From Phenylobacterium sp. (GTDB taxonomy: Bacteria; Pseudomonadota; Alphaproteobacteria; Caulobacterales; Caulobacteraceae), in contig NZ_JACESE010000009.1 in the NCBI RefSeq assembly GCF_013911965.1, forward strand, positions 69,085-133,084: 64,000 nucleotides of DNA, given 5' to 3'. Positions 56,889-64,000 of this stretch are shown here, piece by piece (position 1 is the first letter of the stretch; each line of letters starts with the position of its first letter). The position numbers and the translations under genes are program-made. The notes under the pieces are model-generated. The model saw only the letters and a program-made list of their open reading frames with translations, searched no databases and was not told the origin of the DNA.

Positions 56889-57377
56889 TCAGGCGGCGGG
56901 CTGTTCGCCTTCGGGCGCGTCGGGCTCGACGATCTGCAGCCGCTCGGTGAGCGCCCAGAGGCCGTCGACCATGGCGCTCAGCGCCTCGCGTCCGGATTCC
57001 TCAGTGTTCCAGATCAGCCGCATGCCGTCCACGTGGACCTTGATCGAGGCCCAGTCCTCGCGGTCCTGGGTCCGCAGCTTGTCGGCCAGCTCGCACAGGC
57101 TGTAGGCCGCACGGCACAGCAGCTTGTCGTCGAACAGGCCGGCGATATCGAGGACGCTGGTGGAAAGGTCGTAGACGGAGTCCATCGGCGCGGACTTGTC
57201 CTGGCACAGCCACTCCAGGGTCTCCAGCGTCTCGCCGATCGCCTCGTAGGACTTGCCCTGTTGCGCCGCGAGTTCGCGGGCGGCGCGCGTGTTGGCCATG
57301 CCGGCGGTCATGCCGCCCGGCTCGACCACGTGCTGGGCCAGGCGGTTCTTCACCTTGAAGACTTCGGCGTCGCTCAT
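56889..57377 (-). CDS. cheE: CheE-like protein (last gene of the Caulobacter-type che operon), helical bundle
   Basis: Position after the Cle-type receiver matches the C. crescentus order cheD-cheU-cheYIII-cheE; the symbol is from synteny. Confidence 0.6.
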   Translation of the reverse strand: MSDAEVFKVKNRLAQHVVEPGGMTAGMANTRAARELAAQQGKSYEAIGETLETLEWLCQDKSAPMDSVYDLSTSVLDIAGLFDDKLLCRAAYSLCELADKLRTQDREDWASIKVHVDGMRLIWNTEESGREALSAMVDGLWALTERLQIVEPDAPEGEQPAA

Positions 57378-57970
57378 AGGGCGGCCCTTTGCGGCTTAAG
57401 CAGCATATCGATCTCGTCCTGATCCATGTTGGGATCCTTGGCCGCGCCGATGTGGGCGGAGAGATCGTCCTTGCGTCGGCCCTTCACCCCGAGAGGAGGG
57501 CCCATGTTGCGGAAACGCCGGTCGGGTCCGACGTAGGAATCGCTGCGGACCATGGCCCGCTCGTCCTTCGCCACCCAGTAGATCCGCTGCAGCAGGACCT
57601 CCGGCGTGAAGGGCTTGGAAACGATGAAGTTGGCGCCGCAGTCGCGGCTGCTCTCGACGGTCGAACGCGCGGCGTGGCCGGTCAGCATGATGATCGGCAG
57701 GAAGTTGGCCTCGGCCGGCGCGTCGCGGCGGAGCCAGCGCACGAAGTCGTAGCCGTCCATGTCGGGCATGGCCGTGTCGCAGATGATCAGGTCGATCTCG
57801 CGGTGCGACAGGATCGACTGCGCCTCGGCGGCCGATCGGCACTTCACCTGCCTGTGCACGCCGAAGCCGCGGAAGATGGAGCTCAGAACCTCCAGCGCCT
57901 GCTCGTTGTCGTCGATGAGCAGGACCGTGGACCTTGCCAGGTTCATCCGGACGTCTGGGTGCAGGCTCAT
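57374..57970 (-). CDS. cleA: CheY-like c-di-GMP effector (Cle family; CheYIII/CleA orthologue)
   Basis: Receiver domain (LLIDDN, IICDTAMP, SKPF) plus C-terminal YVGPDRR...GRRKDD arginine-rich motif. Confidence 0.8.
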   Translation of the reverse strand: MSLHPDVRMNLARSTVLLIDDNEQALEVLSSIFRGFGVHRQVKCRSAAEAQSILSHREIDLIICDTAMPDMDGYDFVRWLRRDAPAEANFLPIIMLTGHAARSTVESSRDCGANFIVSKPFTPEVLLQRIYWVAKDERAMVRSDSYVGPDRRFRNMGPPLGVKGRRKDDLSAHIGAAKDPNMDQDEIDMLLKPQRAAL

Positions 57971-57979
57971 GGCGGCGCC

Positions 57980-58360
57980 CTAGAAGAGGTCGAGGTCGCC
58001 CGATTCCGCGTCCGGAGGAGGCGGGATCAGGGTGGCGTCGTGCAAGACCGCGCGGAGACGGGAGGCCAGGTCTCCCAGCGGCACCTGGGCCAGAAGGGCG
58101 TCGGTGTCCACGTTGCGCGCATGCGTCAGCTGGTCCGACAGGCCGCGCATGAAGCTGGTCAGGCTGTCGAGATGCTGGGTGAGGACATCCAGCGTCTGGG
58201 CTTCGCTGAGCGCCAGTTCGCGCACCTCGCCCTGGGCGTTGGTGGTCAGTCGGCTGACAAGTTCCTCCAGGCGCGCGCACAGGCCGCCGGCGTGCTCGGT
58301 CTCCGCGGCGAGGGCGGCGAGCACCGGGGGGGCGAGGGCGGCGACCTGGGCCATGCGCAT
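57980..58360 (-). CDS. cheU: CheU-like chemotaxis protein
   Basis: Position after cheD; contains QTLDVLTQ and a C-terminal GDLDLF; the symbol is from synteny. Confidence 0.65.
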   Translation of the reverse strand: MRMAQVAALAPPVLAALAAETEHAGGLCARLEELVSRLTTNAQGEVRELALSEAQTLDVLTQHLDSLTSFMRGLSDQLTHARNVDTDALLAQVPLGDLASRLRAVLHDATLIPPPPDAESGDLDLF

Positions 58361-58917
58361 CAGAAGAGCTCCACGGCGCCGTCGTCGACCGGGGCCGGAA
58401 CGGGCTTGGGGACTTCCTTCAGGCGGGTCAGTTCGCTGTTGTCGGTGACGGTCTTCTGCTGGGCCCGGCCGGTGGTGGGCCAGAACTGGATGCGCCGGGC
58501 GCCGACCCCGCCGAGGCTGGTGCCCACCACGGGGATGCCTTCGTCGCGCATGAAGCGCTCGGCGAAGGCGGCGTTGGCCGCGCCGACGTCGGACAGGCCG
58601 TTGAACATGCGCGCGCCGCCGAACAGCTTGCCCTGCAGCCGCTCGCGCCGCGCCCCCAGGCGCAGCAGGTCGTTGATCAGCAGTTCCATGGCGAAGGCGC
58701 CGTAGCGGCGGCCCTCATTGGCCCCCTCGGCCTTGCCCTCGGGCAGCAGGAAGTGGTTCATCCCGCCCGCGCCGCGGACCGGGTCCCAGAGGCACAGCGC
58801 CACGCAGCTGCCCAGGATGGTGGTCAGCACCACGTCCGGATCGTCCGTGACGTAGTGCTCACCCTGGACCACATGCACGCGGCGGCCCGGCCGCTGGGAG
58901 ATGTTCTCGACGATCAT
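58360..58917 (-). CDS. cheD: Chemoreceptor glutamine deamidase CheD
   Basis: VVQGE, TILGSCVA, GMNHFLLP and KLFGGA motifs. Confidence 0.94.
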   Translation of the reverse strand: MIVENISQRPGRRVHVVQGEHYVTDDPDVVLTTILGSCVALCLWDPVRGAGGMNHFLLPEGKAEGANEGRRYGAFAMELLINDLLRLGARRERLQGKLFGGARMFNGLSDVGAANAAFAERFMRDEGIPVVGTSLGGVGARRIQFWPTTGRAQQKTVTDNSELTRLKEVPKPVPAPVDDGAVELF

Positions 58918-59303
58918 CCGAGAGGTCCGAACACCGCTTCGATCTTCTCCTTCAGAGTCTGGGTCGTGAAGGGCTTGACCAGGTAGTTGTTGACGCCGAA
59001 CTGCACGGCCCGCTGCACCAGCTCGCGGTCGGCGCGGCCGGTCAGCATGATGACCGCCGTCTTGGAGATGGGGCCGTGGGCGCGGATCGCCCGCAGCAGG
59101 CCCAGGCCGTCCAGCTTGGGCATGTTGAAGTCGGTGATCACCAGATTGGCCGGCTGGGCGAGCAGGGCGCGCAGGGCGTCCTCGCCGTCGGCCACTTCGC
59201 GGGTCTGGGTGATGCCGAGCGTGTGCAGGCTGGTGCGGATCAGCGAGCGCATCGACTGCTGATCGTCCGCAATCAAGGTCTTGATGGATCCCGGGGCGGG
59301 CAT
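58914..59303 (-). CDS. cheY: Chemotaxis response regulator CheY (CheYII-type)
   Basis: IADDQ, ITDFNMPKLDG, MLTG and VKPF motifs. Confidence 0.93.
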   Translation of the reverse strand: MPAPGSIKTLIADDQQSMRSLIRTSLHTLGITQTREVADGEDALRALLAQPANLVITDFNMPKLDGLGLLRAIRAHGPISKTAVIMLTGRADRELVQRAVQFGVNNYLVKPFTTQTLKEKIEAVFGPLG

Positions 59304-60340
59304 CAGGCGCTCCTTTGCGGCTCGGCGGCCGCACAGACAGACAGGATCGCCGCGCTCATGCGAGCCAGCGGCGCTTGTTTTTCCACCGCGCCGATTTCGA
59401 AGGCGGCGCGGGGCATTCCGTAGACGACGCAACTGGCCTCGTCCTGGCCGAGCGTCCGGGCGCCGGCCTGGCGCATGGTCAGCAGGCCCTGGGCGCCGTC
59501 GCGGCCCATGCCGGTGAGGATGACCCCCACCGACGGGCGGTTGAGGCGGGCGACGGACTCGAAGAGCACGTCGACCGATGGGCGATGGCCATTGACCGGG
59601 CCGTCCTGGCGAAGGCGGCAGACCGGCGTCGTGCTGCCGGTCACCTCCAGGTGGGCCTCGCCGCCGGGCGCCAGATAGACGTGGCCGGGCGCCAGCCGCG
59701 CGCCGTCCCAGGCCTCGGCGACCTTGGCGCCGGAGACGCGATCGAGCCGCTCGGCGAAGCTCTTGGTGAAGGTCGCCGGCATGTGCTGGGTGATCACCGT
59801 CGGCGGGCAGGTGGAGGGGAAGGCCGACAGGATGGTCATCAGGGCCTCGACCCCGCCGGTGGACGAGCCGATCGCCAGGATGACGTCGTCGGCCTTGTAG
59901 GCGCGGGTTTCCTCCACCCGGGTCACGTGCCCGCTGAACGGCCGCACGCGCGCCCGGGCGGCGGCCTTCACCTTGTCGGCCAGGTCGGAGAAGGCCTCCG
60001 CGGCGGTGTGGCCGGCCGACGGCTTGCCGACGCAGTCGACGGCGCCGAGCTCCATGGCCGCCAGGGTCACCTCGGCGCCCTGCTGGGTCAGGGTCGAGAC
60101 CATGACCACCGGCATCGGCCGCAGCCGCATGATCTTCTCAAGGAAGTCGAGGCCGTTCATGTGCGGCATCTCGACGTCAAGGGTGATGACGTCGGGGTTG
60201 AGGCGCTTGATCGCGTCTCGCGCCTCGATGGGGTCATTGGCGAAGCCCAGGACCTCGATCTCGGGATCCTGGCGCAGGGTCGCGGCGATCAGGCTCCGCA
60301 TGGTCGCGGAGTCGTCGACGATGAGGACGCGAACGGTCAT
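59303..60340 (-). CDS. cheB: Chemotaxis methylesterase CheB
   Basis: Receiver domain plus [19 protein letters not shown] and LTGMGRDG motifs. Confidence 0.97.
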   Translation of the reverse strand: MTVRVLIVDDSATMRSLIAATLRQDPEIEVLGFANDPIEARDAIKRLNPDVITLDVEMPHMNGLDFLEKIMRLRPMPVVMVSTLTQQGAEVTLAAMELGAVDCVGKPSAGHTAAEAFSDLADKVKAAARARVRPFSGHVTRVEETRAYKADDVILAIGSSTGGVEALMTILSAFPSTCPPTVITQHMPATFTKSFAERLDRVSGAKVAEAWDGARLAPGHVYLAPGGEAHLEVTGSTTPVCRLRQDGPVNGHRPSVDVLFESVARLNRPSVGVILTGMGRDGAQGLLTMRQAGARTLGQDEASCVVYGMPRAAFEIGAVEKQAPLARMSAAILSVCAAAEPQRSA

Positions 60341-61227
60341 CGGACGGCCTTCAGGCGGTAGGTGGTGAGGCCAGCGGTCTCCAGGGTCGCGACGGCCGGA
60401 CCGGTCACCCGTTCGGAGTGGCCGATGTAGAGGGTCGCGCCCGGATTCATGGCCGGGACGAAGCGGCTCCAGATGCGCTCCTGCGTCGGCTCGTCGAAAT
60501 AGATGACGACGTTCCGGCAGAAGATGGCGTCGAAACGCCCGCGCATCGGCCAGTCGCCGATCAGGTTCAGCTCACGGAAGGAGACAAGTTCGCGCAGCTC
60601 CGGCGCGACCGACCAGACGCGGCCGTCGTGGGCCGCCGTCTTCTGGAACCAGCGGCGGCGCAGCTCCAGCGGGATCGGCGACACCGCGTCCTCGCGATAG
60701 GCGCCGGCGCGGCCTTCGGCGATCATGTTGGGGTCGATGTCGGTGGCCAGGATCTTCACGTCCAGGCTCGCCGCCTCGGGCAGCACCGACAGGACCGTGA
60801 TGGCCATGGAATAGGGCTCCTGGCCGTTGGAGCAGGCGGCCGACCAGAGGCGCACGCGTCCCCCGGCGCGCGCCCGCGCGGCCAGTTCGGGCATGACCTG
60901 GTCGCGCAGGTGGTCGAAGTGATGCGGCTCACGGAAGAAGCGCGTCACATTGGTGGTCAGCGCGGCCATCATGGCCTGCCGCTCGTCGAGGCTCCCGGCG
61001 TCCTCGACCAGGGCGCAGTACTCTCGGAAGCTCCGCAGCCCCAGGGTCCGCAGCCGCTTGGCCAGGCGCGAGTAGACGAGCGCCGCCTTGCCCTCGTGCA
61101 GAGCGATCCCCGCATGCGAATGCAGGATCTGGGCGATCTTGCGGAAGTCCTCGGCGGTCAGCAGGAATTCGCCGTCGACGAGGCCCTCGTCCTTCGCGCT
61201 GCGCCGGGGATCGGGGGACTGCGTCAT
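60337..61227 (-). CDS. cheR: Chemotaxis methyltransferase CheR
   Basis: [34 protein letters not shown] and IGHSE motifs. Confidence 0.97.
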   Translation of the reverse strand: MTQSPDPRRSAKDEGLVDGEFLLTAEDFRKIAQILHSHAGIALHEGKAALVYSRLAKRLRTLGLRSFREYCALVEDAGSLDERQAMMAALTTNVTRFFREPHHFDHLRDQVMPELAARARAGGRVRLWSAACSNGQEPYSMAITVLSVLPEAASLDVKILATDIDPNMIAEGRAGAYREDAVSPIPLELRRRWFQKTAAHDGRVWSVAPELRELVSFRELNLIGDWPMRGRFDAIFCRNVVIYFDEPTQERIWSRFVPAMNPGATLYIGHSERVTGPAVATLETAGLTTYRLKAVR

Positions 61228-61691
61228 GCGGCCTCGGCCTCGGTTTCCGGCAGGACGCGGTCGAGCGCGATCAGGCTGACCATCCGGCCGTCCAGGGCGA
61301 ACAGACCCTTCACGAAGGTCTTCACCTGGTCGCTGGCCACGTCCGGAGTCGGCTGAACGAGGTCGTCGCTCATGTTGATGATGTCGGACACCGCATCGAC
61401 CAGCAGGCCGATGGTGCGGTCGCCGATGTGGACCACCATGATGACGTGGCGGGCGGTCGGCTCGGACGTCTTCAGGCCCAGGCGCGCGCCCAGGTCGATG
61501 ATCGGCAGGACGGCGCCGCGCAGGTTGATCACGCCCTTCACGAAGGACGGGGTGCGGGGCAGGGGCGTGGCCGGGGCCCAGCCGCGGATTTCCCGCACCG
61601 ACATGATGTCGACGCAGAACTCCTGGTCCCCGATACGGAAGGCGATCAGTTCACGGCGCTGCGCGGCGCCTTGGGTCACGGTGTCATTCAT
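61224..61691 (-). CDS. cheW: Chemotaxis coupling protein CheW
   Basis: [22 protein letters not shown] and GLLVDAVSD motifs. Confidence 0.96.
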   Translation of the reverse strand: MNDTVTQGAAQRRELIAFRIGDQEFCVDIMSVREIRGWAPATPLPRTPSFVKGVINLRGAVLPIIDLGARLGLKTSEPTARHVIMVVHIGDRTIGLLVDAVSDIINMSDDLVQPTPDVASDQVKTFVKGLFALDGRMVSLIALDRVLPETEAEAA

Positions 61692-61693
61692 GC

Positions 61694-64000
61694 TCAACCC
61701 GCCATTCGCTTCTCAATCCGGGGCGCCGACTTGCGGCGCGAACTCGTCACCAGGGCATCGACGTCGAGGATGAGCGCCACGCGCCCGTCGCCGAGGATGG
61801 TGGCCGCGGCGACGCCCGGAATCTGCTGGTAGTTGGCCTCCAGGCTCTTGATCACCACCTGGCGCTGGCCCTGGATCGCCTCGACCAGCAGGGCCGCCTT
61901 GCCGCCGCCTTCGCTTTCGATCAGCACCGCCACGCCCGAGGAGGGCGGCAGCGGCGTGTCGCGGAAGCCCAGGGCCACGCCGACGTCGATCAGCGGCACG
62001 AAGGTCTCGCGGATGCGGATGACGGCGTCGCGGCCGCCGATCAGGTGCACGTCCTCGCTGCGCGGCGTCAGGCTCTCGACGATGTTGGAGAGCGGGGCCA
62101 CCAGCGTCTGTTCCGCGGCCGAGACCACCATGCCGTCGAGGACGGCCAGGGTCAGCGGCAGGCTCATGGTGAACTTCGACCCCTTGCCCGGCTCCGAGCT
62201 GATGGAGATCCGGCCGCCCAGGGCCTGGATGGAGCGCTTGACCACGTCCATCCCCACGCCGCGGCCGGAGATGTCGGACACCACGTCGGCGGTGGAGAAG
62301 CCCGGCAGGAAGATCAGGTTGTCGATCTCGTCGTCGGACAGCACCGCGTCCTCGGCGATCAGGCCCTTGGACATGGCGATGCCGCGCACCCGCTCGCGGT
62401 TGATGCCGCGGCCGTCGTCCTGGACCTCGATGACGATGCGGCCGCCGCGGTGCAGGGCGGCCAGGCGCACGACGCCTTCGCCCGGCTTGCCGTTGGCCTC
62501 GCGGTCTTCCGGCCGTTCCAGGCCGTGATCGATCGCGTTGCGCAGCATGTGGGTGATCGGGTCGGACAGACGCTCGATGACCGTCTTGTCGACCTCGGTG
62601 TTCTCGCCTTCCATCACCAGGCGGACCTTCTTGCCCACCATGTCGGCGACTTCGCGGACCAGGCGCGGCATGCGCTGGAAGACCGACTTCACCGGCTGGG
62701 CGCGGATGGCCATGACGCTGTCCTGGATCTCGCGCGTCAGGAGCTCCAGGTCCTCCAGGCCGAGCGCCACGTCGGAGGAGCGGGCGAGGCCGCTCTCGAA
62801 GACCCGCTGGGACAGCATGGCCTGCTGGATGACCAGTTCGCCCACGGCGTTGATCAGACGGTCGACCCGGTCGAGATCGACCCGGATGGTGGGCGCGGGC
62901 GCGGCGGAGCCGCCCGTGGGCGCCGCCGCCTGGGCCTTGGATTCGGCCTTGGTCTCCACTTTGGGCTCCGGTTTGGCGGCCGGGGTGGCCAGGGCGTGTT
63001 CGGTCGAGGCCTTTTCCGCCAGGGCGATCAGGCCCGCGACGTCCAGGCTGGCAGGCTCGGCGCTCGCCGGCGCCTCGGCCGCAGGGGCCGGCGTCTCGGC
63101 CGGGGCCTCAGCCTCGGCCGGCTCGGCGGCGGGCGCGTCGCTCTGAACCCGGGCCAGCAGGGCGTCGAGGTCGAGCGGCGCTGCGGCGGCGGCCTCCACG
63201 GCGTCGGCCGGGGCGTCGCTGTCCTCAGCCGCGATGTCGACGGGCGCCGCGGCTTCAGCTTCGGCCTCGGCCTCGGCGGCCTCGGCGGCCTCGCCCTCGC
63301 GGACGATGCTGAGGTCGCAGTCGTCCTCGACGAATTCAAAGACGTCGCGCACCTCGGCCTCGGTGGCGTCGCCCGTCAGGCGGATGGTCCAGCTCAGATA
63401 GGCCTGCTCGGCGCTCAGCTGGTCGAGCGGCGGCACGGCGCTCGCATCCAGGTTCACCTCCACGCCGCCGAGCCGCGCCAGTTCGCGCAGCACGAGGCCC
63501 GCCTCGTTGGCCTTGGCGTACATTTCCGTCTTGGGGCGGAAGGTCACCCGCCAGGCGGGGGCCGCGCCGGCTTCGGCGACCGAATCCGCAGCCGGGGCGG
63601 CGACTTCGGCCTCCGCCTCAGCCTCGGCTTCGGGGGCGGGCGCGAGGCTGGCGATCAGGTCGCTGACATCGGCCGGCGGCGCGTCGTCAGCCGGTTCGTC
63701 GAGGCTCAGCGTCACGGGAACGAAGCCGAAGTCCTCCTCGCCGGCGTCCTCTTCCTCGCCGTCGAAGCCCAGTTCGGCCGCGCGTTCGGCGCCCACCAGG
63801 CCCTGCAGATCGGAGATCATGCCGTGGGTGCGGGTCTCGTCCACCGAACCGTCGTTGCGGGCGGCCTGGACGTGGTCGGCCAGGACGTCGGACGCCCGCA
63901 GCAGAACCCGCGTCACGTCCTCGGTCAGCGACAGCCGACCCGACCGCAACTCGTCCAGGATCGTCTCGAACACGTGAGCGAAGCGGATCAGCTGCTCGAG
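61694..64000 (-). CDS. cheA: Chemotaxis histidine kinase CheA (5' end outside window)
   Basis: AHVFE (end of P1), P2, [41 protein letters not shown] and a C-terminal CheW-like domain. Confidence 0.97.
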   Translation of the reverse strand, partial: LEQLIRFAHVFETILDELRSGRLSLTEDVTRVLLRASDVLADHVQAARNDGSVDETRTHGMISDLQGLVGAERAAELGFDGEEEDAGEEDFGFVPVTLSLDEPADDAPPADVSDLIASLAPAPEAEAEAEAEVAAPAADSVAEAGAAPAWRVTFRPKTEMYAKANEAGLVLRELARLGGVEVNLDASAVPPLDQLSAEQAYLSWTIRLTGDATEAEVRDVFEFVEDDCDLSIVREGEAAEAAEAEAEAEAAAPVDIAAEDSDAPADAVEAAAAAPLDLDALLARVQSDAPAAEPAEAEAPAETPAPAAEAPASAEPASLDVAGLIALAEKASTEHALATPAAKPEPKVETKAESKAQAAAPTGGSAAPAPTIRVDLDRVDRLINAVGELVIQQAMLSQRVFESGLARSSDVALGLEDLELLTREIQDSVMAIRAQPVKSVFQRMPRLVREVADMVGKKVRLVMEGENTEVDKTVIERLSDPITHMLRNAIDHGLERPEDREANGKPGEGVVRLAALHRGGRIVIEVQDDGRGINRERVRGIAMSKGLIAEDAVLSDDEIDNLIFLPGFSTADVVSDISGRGVGMDVVKRSIQALGGRISISSEPGKGSKFTMSLPLTLAVLDGMVVSAAEQTLVAPLSNIVESLTPRSEDVHLIGGRDAVIRIRETFVPLIDVGVALGFRDTPLPPSSGVAVLIESEGGGKAALLVEAIQGQRQVVIKSLEANYQQIPGVAAATILGDGRVALILDVDALVTSSRRKSAPRIEKRMAG

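Overview
Very GC-rich alphaproteobacterial chromosome segment, most consistent with Caulobacteraceae (Phenylobacterium/Caulobacter-like). This placement is inferred from the gene order tolQRAB-pal-cpoB-tilS, ruvCAB/yebC and cheA-W-R-B-Y-D-U-cle-E. Left to right the window holds: the pntAA-AB-B transhydrogenase, an M23 peptidase, the tol-pal/ruv/yebC core block, lipid-type oxidoreductases and hydrolases, and two secreted orphans followed by a candidate sRNA. Next come a UDP-sugar dehydrogenase/aminotransferase pair, an acyl-CoA synthetase, and a furan/methyl-fatty-acid-type divergon with twin ECF promoters. These are followed by a heterodimeric ABC exporter, two HxlR divergons, lemA-TPM-TPM, a Tat-type molybdoenzyme, a single-chain acyl-CoA carboxylase and a LexA-boxed orphan. 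The right end carries MoxR/VWA, a P450-kinase-thiolase catabolic cluster and the distal part of the major chemotaxis operon (cheA is truncated by the window edge). I found no rRNA, tRNA, CRISPR array, IS or prophage. Best leads: (1) a translationally coupled P450 + LvaAB-like kinase pair next to a DUF35/Ltp2-like thiolase; (2) a catalytically dead RNase HI paralogue directly upstream of ruvC; (3) an orphan gene with a perfect alphaproteobacterial LexA box; (4) back-to-back SigE-type promoters; (5) a candidate sRNA; (6) CheZ-like, HPt-like and CheY-docking-like motifs in the poorly characterised chemotaxis proteins. All family assignments come from motifs read by eye; no database search was run.
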